Virus record (IMG/VR): IMGVR_UViG_3300020294_000022
Coordinates: 1 to 28,026 of that record
DNA from: a virus
Lineage: Duplodnaviria; Caudoviricetes
Length of the DNA: 28,026 nt
Reading direction: 5' to 3' (one strand)
Position 1 is the first letter of the stretch. Each line of letters starts with the position of its first letter. The position numbers and the translations under genes are program-made. This document shows, piece after piece, positions 16,243-24,680 of the stretch. The notes below the pieces were generated by a model, which was not told the origin of the DNA, did no database searches, and was given only the letters and a program-made list of their open reading frames with translations.

Positions 16243-18035
16243 TAAAATGGTAATTCATCAATATCAAACGCCTGTTCTGGTCTCATGTTTTTTTCAGGTT
16301 CTTCTTGCTCTTTGTCAAAAACAAATGATGGGGGGTTGTGTCCGGTATAATACCTTCCTGATGGTATGTGATAATTAAACAATTCTCTTTGGGCCATCTC
16401 TCCTTGAAATTTCATTTTTACTTTTTGTGTGCTAAATTCAACCTGATTTTTTTCTATAAACCGATCATCCTCTTGTATCTGATCAAAATATCTATAAATA
16501 GTAAACCCATCATGAGCCTGGTTTCTAAAGTCAGCCGACCCTGAGATATCATAAAGTGTTGGTTTTTCGTACACTTGTGCGTCATTCTTTTTCATTTTTG
16601 TCGGATGTGCTATCAAAAATATAATAACATTGTTCATCTGTGCGAACATAGTCAGTTGAGTTAAAACTCTTTTTATCCTTGATAACTCTGCATCTTTGTT
16701 GCTGTCGAAATCCAATTTGTTAAATGCATCAATCACAAATATGTCTACCCCATAAATAAACATTTGCTCTTTAAACTTTTCCATCAACCAATCCCATGTA
16801 GGAAACTTACCATCCTCTGAAGAAGTGGTATAAAGTCTTTCTTGTGCCCAATCCTTATACCTCTGTATCTCTGCTTTAGATATTCTTGGAAGACCGGCGT
16901 TGTCAATAAAAAAGTTCTTGCCAAAAAACTTTTCTATAAATGTTGTTTGATGAAGAGCCATTGGATGGTGTTCAGGAGAAAAGAAACTTGCCTTCATGTT
17001 ATAATCCTTCATAATGTTCATCACATACCATTCAACAAAGTTAGACTTACCGTGAGATGGTATTCCGGTGGCCACAACTAAATGGCCTCTCATAACAGAG
17101 AATATGTTTTTAAGATTTCCAAAGCAGGGGTGTTTAGGGTATATTGTAGATGGCATTCCATTTTCATGAAGATCCATAATATCATCTATCATGTCATCAA
17201 CAGTAAATGTCCCACTAGCGGGGTATTTTTTTGATGCGCTTATAGAGGTTTTTAAAACATCTTCACCCTCAATCAAATCTCCATTTGCATCTTTGTTTTT
17301 AAAAAGAACCCTCTCACACCGGTACCTTCCTAGTCTTTGAGCAATCTTTTCAGATACATGCTCACCCTTATCATCGTTGTCTGTACATATAAAAAATTTA
17401 TCTACATCTTGTAGGTATTTTTCACAGTTGATCCAAAAGTCGTCATTGTCATTGGCTCCGTTTGGTATGCTGATTGTATTTTCGTAACCACACTGATGCA
17501 TAGCTAAAACATCAAACTCACCCTCAACTATATAAACCTCTTTCTGACCAACCGCTGCGTTCACATTATAAAAGATAGGCTTTGTTTGTGCTGTCTGAGT
17601 GAAGTGTTTACCTCCTGATCTATATTTTTTATTAACCAGGGTGTCGCCTTCAAAGTAATTGAAAACAATGTTGTTCATCTTTTCTCCAGCTTGAGGCTGA
17701 AAGTATACCTCCTCTGAAACCTTTAAATGCTTAAGAGTTCCCTGTCTAATTCCCCTGGACTCACACCATTTTACAATCCCATCAGATAGGTCTGTGTAGT
17801 TTCTCCATGTCTGTTCAGGCAGCTTATAGTCTCTTATAATGCTTTCATTGAGATTTTCTCTGATAGAAATAACATCACAGTGATGACACTTAGCAACTCC
17901 CTTGGATATGTTTACGCTTAAACTCCTGTCTCTTTTGTTTTTTCTTTCAGGCCCACATGAAGGACAAACAACTTTATGTTGACCTGAGGTTTTACCTTTC
18001 AAGTCAATTGAGGACCACTCTATTGTTTGTATCAT
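16242..18035 (-). CDS. Primase-helicase, T7 gp4/Twinkle type
   Basis: CPSC...CHHC zinc-binding domain, TOPRIM EGEFD and DND, Walker A GIPSHGKS, Walker B FVID, AHPTK and YDISGSADF SF4 motifs. Confidence 0.92.
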   Translation of the reverse strand: MIQTIEWSSIDLKGKTSGQHKVVCPSCGPERKNKRDRSLSVNISKGVAKCHHCDVISIRENLNESIIRDYKLPEQTWRNYTDLSDGIVKWCESRGIRQGTLKHLKVSEEVYFQPQAGEKMNNIVFNYFEGDTLVNKKYRSGGKHFTQTAQTKPIFYNVNAAVGQKEVYIVEGEFDVLAMHQCGYENTISIPNGANDNDDFWINCEKYLQDVDKFFICTDNDDKGEHVSEKIAQRLGRYRCERVLFKNKDANGDLIEGEDVLKTSISASKKYPASGTFTVDDMIDDIMDLHENGMPSTIYPKHPCFGNLKNIFSVMRGHLVVATGIPSHGKSNFVEWYVMNIMKDYNMKASFFSPEHHPMALHQTTFIEKFFGKNFFIDNAGLPRISKAEIQRYKDWAQERLYTTSSEDGKFPTWDWLMEKFKEQMFIYGVDIFVIDAFNKLDFDSNKDAELSRIKRVLTQLTMFAQMNNVIIFLIAHPTKMKKNDAQVYEKPTLYDISGSADFRNQAHDGFTIYRYFDQIQEDDRFIEKNQVEFSTQKVKMKFQGEMAQRELFNYHIPSGRYYTGHNPPSFVFDKEQEEPEKNMRPEQAFDIDELPF

Positions 18036-18700
18036 AGTGCTGGTTTTTTATATTGGTACATTTGCTTTCCATTCATGCCTTTTCCTGTAGACTTCTTGTA
18101 CCACCTTATAAAATATTGCTTGTATTCTTTTTCTGAAATGTGAGTGTATCCATTAACCGAAGCATGGTTGGTAAAGTTTTCTATGAAATTTTTAAACTTA
18201 ATGTCATTAAGAAGAAAATTCCTTTTAACTGCCTCAACCCATTTAATATTTGAAAGACAAATTTCTTTGACCCTCTCTATTTCTATTAAATTATTATCAT
18301 TATTATCATTATTACCATTATTGTTTAGTGTTATTTGAGTGGTATTTGAGTGGTCTTTGAGTGGTCTTTGAGTGTTATTTTTTGCATCCCTACCCTGGTA
18401 ATCATTATATTTTACAAGGGTTACAAGCAAATATCTGGGTGTTCGTTTTGTGACCAACTCTTGGCTCGCTTTGAGTTTTTTTATGGACAACCTAATTTGT
18501 TCTCTCGACAGCTTTAAATCCTGGGCAATACTATCGTAAGACGTAGCTAAGGATCCCCTAGGAATTATCTTCCCCTCGAACTTGTTGTCCTTGTGGTTCG
18601 CCTTCAGCAAACAATGAACGAAGACTCGAAAAACGTTCGGGTTTTTGTACCATTGCCAAGTCAGTATTTTTCTGTTTAATTGTATAAATGAATTTTTCAT
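18032..18700 (-). CDS. Phage replication initiator (replisome organiser-type, winged helix)
   Basis: FIQLNRKILTWQWY, HCLLKANH, RGSLATS, HTH, LVKYNDYQ, Asn-rich linker containing DNA repeats; directly upstream of the helicase. Confidence 0.8.
   Translation of the reverse strand: MKNSFIQLNRKILTWQWYKNPNVFRVFVHCLLKANHKDNKFEGKIIPRGSLATSYDSIAQDLKLSREQIRLSIKKLKASQELVTKRTPRYLLVTLVKYNDYQGRDAKNNTQRPLKDHSNTTQITLNNNGNNDNNDNNLIEIERVKEICLSNIKWVEAVKRNFLLNDIKFKNFIENFTNHASVNGYTHISEKEYKQYFIRWYKKSTGKGMNGKQMYQYKKPAL
18327..18381. repeat. Five tandem 11-bp repeats, putative origin iterons
   Basis: AGTGTTATTTG, AGTGGTATTTG, AGTGGTCTTTG, AGTGGTCTTTG, AGTGTTATTTT; the period is not a multiple of 3; adjacent AT-rich tract at about 18280-18326. 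Confidence 0.8.
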
Positions 18701-19361
18701 CTGTTATAAATCTTTCTCTTAATAGGGTTGGTAGTTTATCTATGATCTCTATGAGGTAGTTGGCATTGTAAACCAGCTCTGCATTCATGGCTTTTAGTTC
18801 ATCAAAATCATTAGGCAGGGTTTCGACTAAATGAAACCCTAACTCTTGCTTTGCGTGTTCTCGGTAAGATATTTCCTCAACCTTTAAAAAGAAAGATGTG
18901 AACACTTGGTCTTTTTGAAAGTTTATAAGGTTATCCATCGTCTTTACTGCATGGAGAATAGTTGCATGATCTTTATAAAAGTATTTACCAATCTCAGAGC
19001 AAGTCATGTAAGTGAAAGTCCTCATACAATACATTGTCAGTTGTCTGATTTCAACGAATGGTCTTTTTCTTGTGTCTTTATTTTCAAGAGGGTTGTGTCC
19101 GGTTACAAATTCAACCGCATCTATTATTATATATGGGTCAATTTTTTCTTTTTTTAAATTCACCGGGTTTGACTCCTTTTTGGTTTGAGCCTTGTTTAAA
19201 ATATAAGATAAAGTTCCGTCACTAGATATATTAAAACGTTCCATTGTTTTTTTATAGCTACCACACTTTTTAAAGAACTTTCTTATACGCTTATGATCAT
19301 GATCGCTAAAATTGTTGTTCATTGTTTTCAAACCTAAATTTGTTTTCTTGTTGCGTTTCAT
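18558..19361 (-). CDS. Protein with DnaA domain IV-like HTH and an extra N-terminal HTH
   Basis: TRKRPFVEIRQLTMY...TCSEIGKYFYKDHATILHAVK matches the DnaA C-terminal signature (R....V..RQ.AMY...IG..F..DH.TV.HA). ATGA coupling to the HNH gene. Confidence 0.75.
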   Translation of the reverse strand: MKRNKKTNLGLKTMNNNFSDHDHKRIRKFFKKCGSYKKTMERFNISSDGTLSYILNKAQTKKESNPVNLKKEKIDPYIIIDAVEFVTGHNPLENKDTRKRPFVEIRQLTMYCMRTFTYMTCSEIGKYFYKDHATILHAVKTMDNLINFQKDQVFTSFFLKVEEISYREHAKQELGFHLVETLPNDFDELKAMNAELVYNANYLIEIIDKLPTLLRERFITDEKFIYTIKQKNTDLAMVQKPERFSSLRSLFAEGEPQGQQVRGEDNS

Positions 19362-19834
19362 TTGTTTAGAATATAATTTAGTGTTCCTTTACTGGATATA
19401 TTAAAATGATCCATCGTCTTTTTATAACTACCAAACTTTTCGTGAAAAGCTTTTACCTCATCGTGGTTGTGTTTTTTTATAAAACTAGAGGCGTGAATAG
19501 CTCTTTGCTTTCTTCTCTCAGGCTCAATATCATAAGCATTATCACTCATGGTTCCTATAGCTATATTGTCATAATGATTATTGGCTGAGTCGTTGTCTAG
19601 GTGTCTAACAACATACCCCTCTTGGTACATTTTTTCACCATACTTTTGATATGCCTGTAAACGATGAACGCTAACGTTGGCATTTTTTCCCTCATGGTCT
19701 CTAATTTTAAATCTTTTATAACCATTTGTGTGTAGCCATCCTACTGGATTTGTCTTTTTACCTACAACCACCCCCTCTTTAGTAACTCTGTATCCTTTTT
19801 GATGGGCAGTTTTTTCATGTTTATTATATTTCAT
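19358..19834 (-). CDS. HNH endonuclease (homing-endonuclease type) with C-terminal HTH
   Basis: GY...VHRLQAY....VVRHLDNDSANNHYDNI..GT.SDN. Confidence 0.85.
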   Translation of the reverse strand: MKYNKHEKTAHQKGYRVTKEGVVVGKKTNPVGWLHTNGYKRFKIRDHEGKNANVSVHRLQAYQKYGEKMYQEGYVVRHLDNDSANNHYDNIAIGTMSDNAYDIEPERRKQRAIHASSFIKKHNHDEVKAFHEKFGSYKKTMDHFNISSKGTLNYILNK

Positions 19835-19855
19835 TTTTTTAATTAATTAAATTAT

Positions 19856-19879
19856 ATAAGGGAGCCGGAGCCCCCTTAT
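19856..19879 (-). terminator. Stable hairpin with cUCCGg tetraloop (terminator or mRNA-stabilising element)
   Basis: Minus strand AUAAGGGGGC-UCCG-GCUCCCUUAU (10 bp, one G-U) after the SSB gene; the U tail is weak. Confidence 0.55.
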
Positions 19880-19897
19880 GATTAGTGATGATAGTGA

Positions 19898-20152
19898 TTA
19901 GAATGGTAAATCACTTGTTTGTGCTTGACTTTCCTGCTTTGGAGCAGCTTTATTGCCATCCTTGTTGTAGGGTTCACCAAATTTAAGAGATAGATATGGT
20001 GTTCCACTCTTTGTTTGGCTAATCCATCCAGCAGCATCGAAATCTTTGCCGCCAACAGTAGCACTTCCTTTGTAGTCAGGCTGAGTATCTTTTTCTTTGT
20101 ACTCATTTTTGAAAAGACTCCCTGTAAAGTCTTTGTGTTTAAAATCACTCAT
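19898..20152 (-). CDS. Small ssDNA-binding protein (DUF736-like)
   Basis: GSLFKN..K...QPDYKG, AAGW, YLSL and a DLPF tail; next to the exonuclease and ERF genes. Confidence 0.75.
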   Translation of the reverse strand: MSDFKHKDFTGSLFKNEYKEKDTQPDYKGSATVGGKDFDAAGWISQTKSGTPYLSLKFGEPYNKDGNKAAPKQESQAQTSDLPF

Positions 20153-20156
20153 AATA

Positions 20157-20873
20157 TTAAATTATAGTTTTAGGTATTCGACTGCCTATATTTACAGACA
20201 GGTCCGTTAAATAATCCCTGCATATCTCTATGCGCTCATACAATCGCTTAACATCCTCATCGTTGTACTCGATGTGAAACTCCTTTACCCTAAGTTCCTC
20301 AGGGATGTCAGCGTACTGAAGTCTTTCGTAGACTTCGCTCTCCAATTCATCAGGGACCTCTATCATTCCTAAGTTCCATGATAATCTTCTAACCTCATCT
20401 TGTATTAACAGGGGAGGAGTGTCCACTAAGCAATAAGCAATAGTTGCCTTTTTGCTTTTTGTAAGGCCCATATATCCTTGCATCTGCCAATAGTAATGTT
20501 TGTTGGGTAGGATCTCTTCGTGCATTGGAAAGGTGGTAAAGTCCCAAGATGATTTAATATCTACAAGGTTTTCACCTACAATATCAGGTGTACCACAAAC
20601 AAACTTGTTTTCATAAAACTTTTCATTCTTCTGAAAACGAATTGACTTGATTCTTCCATACATTTCTATAGATTCATCCTCAACCTGTTTCCCCTTATCG
20701 AGATACTTAGATTGGATGTCAGTGGTTTTTCCAAAGACAACCTCCTTATGTATTTCCTGGAGATATTTTTTGGTTGTGGCTGAAAGCAAGTCTTTCTTGT
20801 TTCTTGGACTTGTCATTAGCTTACCTAAAGAGGAACACCTGAACAGATAATTTTGAAAGTCTAAAAGTTTCAT
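20157..20873 (-). CDS. YqaJ/lambda-exonuclease-like PD-(D/E)xK nuclease
   Basis: RCSSLG, KG...E, GTPD, DIKSS, YYWQMQGYM. Confidence 0.8.
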   Translation of the reverse strand: MKLLDFQNYLFRCSSLGKLMTSPRNKKDLLSATTKKYLQEIHKEVVFGKTTDIQSKYLDKGKQVEDESIEMYGRIKSIRFQKNEKFYENKFVCGTPDIVGENLVDIKSSWDFTTFPMHEEILPNKHYYWQMQGYMGLTKSKKATIAYCLVDTPPLLIQDEVRRLSWNLGMIEVPDELESEVYERLQYADIPEELRVKEFHIEYNDEDVKRLYERIEICRDYLTDLSVNIGSRIPKTII

Positions 20874-21013
20874 AATTTTTTTGTTTCGGTTTCATAGATA
20901 ATGTATCCGTGTTTTTTTAACAAAGCTATGCTTCGATTTATTGCCTCTTGTTCCTTTCTGAAATGACTAAAGATTTCATTTTCAAAAGAGTGATGTCCTT
21001 TTTTATTTTCCAT
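20870..21013 (-). CDS. 47-aa hypothetical protein (not in the ORF track)
   Basis: MENKKGHHSFENEIFSHFRKEQEAINRSIALLKKHGYIIYETETKKL*; ATGA overlap with the exonuclease start. Confidence 0.6.
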   Translation of the reverse strand: MENKKGHHSFENEIFSHFRKEQEAINRSIALLKKHGYIIYETETKKL

Positions 21014-21030
21014 AATTTTAATTTTTTTAG

Positions 21031-21486
21031 TTAAAGTCCAAAATCAGAATCATTATTACTAGCCTGTACTCTGTGATACTTTCCTGAATCAACAGGTGCG
21101 TTTCTTCTTGTTGTTTTATTTGCATCATCATCTTCTGCCTCTAAAAGCAATAGAGACTGAAGGCCATACCTCCTGTAATAAGTAATTTCAGATCCTTTTT
21201 CTTGTGGCTGTTGTCTTATAATCTTCAGGCCCCTCATATCTTCAGTGTTTTTGAAGTTAGGGAAGATTTCTCCGGTGTCGTTATCCATAACAACAGTAAC
21301 AACATGGTCGTCAACAATCGGTTGAAGAACAGTCAACCCTATCTCCTTACACAAGGGCTTTACTTGCGCAAGGAGTTGGTTGATGTCAGCATAGTTGCTG
21401 TTATAAAATGGATTTTTCTTGCTCTTTCTGAGCTTTTCAAGTGAAGCTATAAGTGTAGCTACCTTCTGTGCGAGTTTTGGTGTCAT
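21031..21486 (-). CDS. erf: ERF-family single-strand annealing protein
   Basis: NPFYNSNYA, GL.V.Q, QEKGSEITYYRRYGL..LL.L..EDDDAN signature. Confidence 0.85.
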   Translation of the reverse strand: MTPKLAQKVATLIASLEKLRKSKKNPFYNSNYADINQLLAQVKPLCKEIGLTVLQPIVDDHVVTVVMDNDTGEIFPNFKNTEDMRGLKIIRQQPQEKGSEITYYRRYGLQSLLLLEAEDDDANKTTRRNAPVDSGKYHRVQASNNDSDFGL

Positions 21487-21874
21487 AGGATTCTTTAATT
21501 TGATTAAGTGTTATTAGATTTAATTTTTCATACATCGCTACCGTATCTAGTAGTTCTGTTACATGCTTTCTGTCAGTTAGACCATCGCTTTGTTTTGATT
21601 TTTTTAAAGCGTTAGTATATTTACATGCATCAGCAAGCATTTTCAGCCCATTCTCATGAGCATACCACACTGCATAGGTGGGCATAATATTATAAATGTC
21701 AGATCTAGTGCTAAACATCTCTAGTCTCTCACCTATTAACTCTAGCTTAAGACCTGGAGCGAAAATCGCTTTACTTCCATCCATAAATTCGTGTACTAAA
21801 AAGTCTAAAGAAGCCTGGCTCCAGATAGACTCTAACATATACTTTCTTTTTTCTAAATTTAAAATATCTACCAT
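21437..21874 (-). CDS. Hypothetical protein
   Basis: 145 aa ORF in the operon. Confidence 0.6.
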   Translation of the reverse strand: MVDILNLEKRKYMLESIWSQASLDFLVHEFMDGSKAIFAPGLKLELIGERLEMFSTRSDIYNIMPTYAVWYAHENGLKMLADACKYTNALKKSKQSDGLTDRKHVTELLDTVAMYEKLNLITLNQIKESYDTKTRTEGSYTYSFT

Positions 21875-21878
21875 TTTT

Positions 21879-22094
21879 TTATATTTGTTTTAAGTATTCT
21901 CTTCTTTTAAGAAGAAGTATTCCTCTGTTTTCGATCTTTGTTTGCATCTCCTCCTTCGTTATCTTGTGAAGCGCCCTGTTCAGGGCCAGCTGAGGTATCG
22001 AGTTGTGAAGTTCCATCATCTGGTCCACCACGAAGTCCCTGTGTTTCTTCAACTTTCGAGATTCTTTGATCATTATTCTTATCTTCTGTAACAT
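21879..22094 (-). CDS. Hypothetical protein
   Basis: 71 aa, ending 4 nt before the next start. Confidence 0.55.
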   Translation of the reverse strand: MLQKIRIMIKESRKLKKHRDFVVDQMMELHNSIPQLALNRALHKITKEEMQTKIENRGILLLKRREYLKQI

Positions 22095-22218
22095 TATTTT
22101 TTCTTTTAGTTTCTAAATATTCCTCCTCCATCCAGTGAAGGGCAACTCTATTTGATTCCTGGTATGCGTGTGCCCAGCTATCAAACAGATTTTCTACTAA
22201 TGATTTTGTTTTTGACAT
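21907..22218 (-). CDS. Hypothetical protein
   Basis: Start MSKTK at 22218 is preferred; the C-terminal part overlaps the next gene by 188 nt. Confidence 0.4.
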   Translation of the reverse strand: MSKTKSLVENLFDSWAHAYQESNRVALHWMEEEYLETKRKNNVTEDKNNDQRISKVEETQGLRGGPDDGTSQLDTSAGPEQGASQDNEGGDANKDRKQRNTSS

Positions 22219-22388
22219 GTTATTATATTTAAGTTTTTTAGTAGTTCTTTGGTTCTGCTCCACCAAAAGCAATATCTATATTTAATATTAAGTTTTTTTT
22301 GGTTGAGCGTTGTGTATCGGATAACACCATCATGCCCCTTTTGGGACATGACGATGATCCCGGTTGGAAGTCTTTTAAATTTCTGCAT
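22197..22388 (-). CDS. Hypothetical protein
   Basis: 63 aa, overlapping both neighbours slightly. Confidence 0.5.
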   Translation of the reverse strand: MQKFKRLPTGIIVMSQKGHDGVIRYTTLNQKKLNIKYRYCFWWSRTKELLKNLNIITCQKQNH

Positions 22389-22767
22389 TCAAGGCCCTTA
22401 GTTCTTCCTTTAATGCATCCACATACGCACCTTTAAGGACTGATAATCTTGTGTCTGGAAAGCCAGTGTTAAATGCGTTTAAAGGCATCTCATAAAGATC
22501 AGGCCCATCCGCAAAAACAATTTTTCTGTCAATGATTGAAATGTTTCTTGGAGTTAGCTTATGAATAAAAACTTTATCCAAAGCATTTTTCTTAACACTT
22601 GGTTTGGAAGACTTCAAATGTCTTTCAATTGTTTGGGCGGTAAGATGCTTGCCAAACTTTTCAAAAAACATCTTCTTGATTGTTTCAACATTAGTCTCCT
22701 TAATGTTGCCGAGGAATTCTTTGCCTTGAAAGGACATTCTACCTCTGTGGTGTTTAATTTTAGTCAT
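22375..22767 (-). CDS. Hypothetical basic protein, possible HTH
   Basis: ATG 22767 lies downstream of the predicted promoter; VETIKKMFFEKFGKHLTAQTIERHL is HTH-like. Confidence 0.55.
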   Translation of the reverse strand: MTKIKHHRGRMSFQGKEFLGNIKETNVETIKKMFFEKFGKHLTAQTIERHLKSSKPSVKKNALDKVFIHKLTPRNISIIDRKIVFADGPDLYEMPLNAFNTGFPDTRLSVLKGAYVDALKEELRALNAEI

Positions 22768-22790
22768 AATAAATAGAGTTTTAATTTCCG

Positions 22791-22822
22791 CTAATTTAAG
22801 TTGGTTTAGCGAATTAACCAAA
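22791..22822 (-). promoter_or_regulatory. Bacteroidota sigma70-type promoter (-33/-7)
   Basis: Minus strand TTTG-N20-TAAATTAG, one mismatch to TAnnTTTG, intergenic, heading the recombination/replication genes. Confidence 0.55.
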
Positions 22823-22838
22823 TATTGTTAACAACTTT

Positions 22839-23339
22839 TTACCATGAAGAAGAATAATAATATTCATCTTCCGGAGTTTTCTTCAAAGAATTTTCGATAA
22901 CTTCCTTCGTATCTCTTAGTGTTTCAAAGTAATACTCATCGTAATCCTGTGACCCAAAAAAGAATCCTTCAGCGGCAGGTAACTTCTTCTCTGCTAACTT
23001 TTGAATCTTTTCAAGCTGTTCCGATGTCATCTTGTGGGGCATAAAAAAACTGTATTCTTTGATGATGCTATCAATTGTTTTACACAAAGATCTGAGTTGG
23101 CCTCTGTCAATGTAATACTCTCCACAGTCATCGTTTCCATCTTGTACGTTCTCCACAAACCACCTGTGAATCCAGTTTGCTTTTCTCCAATAATGAACAT
23201 CAAAGGTAATAGTATTTATTTTATTGAGGTCGATTGGCTCTCCTCCAACAAATGCTATGCCTGAAAAAAACTTTTCTTTTGGGTTGTGGTCCCAATTCTT
23301 AACGTATTTTTTACGTTGTAAGTACATATCTAATCCCAT
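22839..23339 (-). CDS. Conserved phage protein of unknown function
   Basis: MGLDMYL, YWRKAN.IH.WF, GFFFG...YDEYY, YY.SSW pattern, recalled as widespread in phages. Confidence 0.7.
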   Translation of the reverse strand: MGLDMYLQRKKYVKNWDHNPKEKFFSGIAFVGGEPIDLNKINTITFDVHYWRKANWIHRWFVENVQDGNDDCGEYYIDRGQLRSLCKTIDSIIKEYSFFMPHKMTSEQLEKIQKLAEKKLPAAEGFFFGSQDYDEYYFETLRDTKEVIENSLKKTPEDEYYYSSSW

Positions 23340-23341
23340 AT

Positions 23342-23560
23342 CTATAATATTGTATTGTTATCTATTTCTAAAAGAATCTTGTAGTCATTAGCTACTTTCC
23401 TTAAAAGTATTTCAACATAATACCTTTCATCTGTTTTCATATCCTCCAGCATGTCCATTACATGGAAATACTCGATAGCATCCAACACTTCCTTTTTGGT
23501 TACGGAGTGTCGTGTAGGTCTTTTCGGTTGGGGCTTGTTTAATTGCATTACTTTACTCAT
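23342..23560 (-). CDS. Hypothetical protein
   Basis: 72 aa early gene. Confidence 0.6.
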   Translation of the reverse strand: MSKVMQLNKPQPKRPTRHSVTKKEVLDAIEYFHVMDMLEDMKTDERYYVEILLRKVANDYKILLEIDNNTIL

Positions 23561-23792
23561 GATCTAAATAATTTAAAATTTGTTCATATACTTTTGGGAA
23601 ATCCCGTGATAATACATTTACGATCTCTTCGTCTGTGTGTTCATCAGATTCTTCGATGTCTACTAAATGTCTAAATAATAGGTCAAGCCCTCGATCAACT
23701 CCTGTTTTTTCGGATCTATCGTGACTGTCCTGTACCCACTCATCATCTGACTTAATATCAGTTATGATGTTTTTAATTTTAATAAGGTCCAT
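23553..23792 (-). CDS. Hypothetical acidic protein
   Basis: 79 aa early gene. Confidence 0.6.
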   Translation of the reverse strand: MDLIKIKNIITDIKSDDEWVQDSHDRSEKTGVDRGLDLLFRHLVDIEESDEHTDEEIVNVLSRDFPKVYEQILNYLDHE

Positions 23793-23814
23793 TTAATTAA
23801 ATTTTAATTTGTTA

Positions 23815-24408
23815 TTAATATCTTTCCCGGATGCATTCCCAAATGATGGCCTGATATTCGTAGCCCTTGAGTCCCACCTTTCTCGCCTCATCTAATAATA
23901 TACTAGACAATTCATCGTACCTGCTGGGGGTTAGCCCAGACACTACGGTCTTACCAAACATAGCCCTCAGCACCCAAACATCTATCGTGACATAGTCTTC
24001 ATTTAATGTCGCAATATTCTGAATGAAAGCATGAGTCTTCCTGCTTGATTTGTTTACTCCTACTTTACCCTGTGCAATTGCAAAGGCTTTGTATTTGTTT
24101 GTGTTGAATGTACATACCTTCACATCTTCAGGAGATGTATTTTCCTGGACTGCCTCAAGTACCCGACCTGTATCAAACACATTTCTTTCCCACTTGTTTC
24201 GTGGAGATAGTGCAGACAAAACACCTGCCACTGTGTAGACATCAAATTGTCCGTTTGATCTTTCGGATTTTGATTTTACTATTTCGTGAGCCTCAGAGTA
24301 CCAAGCCTTGCCATTGTAAAGGTGTCTCTCTGTTGCTAAGTCAAAATAATTTCTAAGGTTTTTCCTTACCTTGTTTTTCATGTAAGGAGTAATCTTTTTT
24401 AATTTCAT
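23815..24408 (-). CDS. Conserved phage early protein (DUF7178-like; possible HhH glycosylase fold)
   Basis: WY..AH, AGVLSALSP...W..N, KT..F..NI, VTIDVW..RA, QA.IW. Confidence 0.6.
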   Translation of the reverse strand: MKLKKITPYMKNKVRKNLRNYFDLATERHLYNGKAWYSEAHEIVKSKSERSNGQFDVYTVAGVLSALSPRNKWERNVFDTGRVLEAVQENTSPEDVKVCTFNTNKYKAFAIAQGKVGVNKSSRKTHAFIQNIATLNEDYVTIDVWVLRAMFGKTVVSGLTPSRYDELSSILLDEARKVGLKGYEYQAIIWECIRERY

Positions 24409-24419
24409 TTGATTGTATT

Positions 24420-24680
24420 TTAAGTTATGTAAAAGGGTTGTTCTATTGTCTCAAAGTCTACCTTGTTGTGCAGTTCTTTAGCAATACGCAGGGCATCTTC
24501 AAATATATTTACGCCGTAGATATTCCGCCCTGAATTAGCATCTATGATCGTTAGTTCGTTTATCTTTATGTCTATAAGACACCTAACAATAAACGTTCTG
24601 CCATCCCTTACCATTGTAAAGGATAACTTGTAGTCTGTTGGGGTAATTCTTGCATCTCTAAATGTAGTTTTTAGTTCCAT
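24420..24680 (-). CDS. Hypothetical protein
   Basis: 86 aa early gene. Confidence 0.6.
   Translation of the reverse strand: MELKTTFRDARITPTDYKLSFTMVRDGRTFIVRCLIDIKINELTIIDANSGRNIYGVNIFEDALRIAKELHNKVDFETIEQPFYIT

Noticed and set aside
18327-18381. CRISPR array interpretation of the repeats
   Set aside because: 11-bp units with no spacers, inside a CDS.
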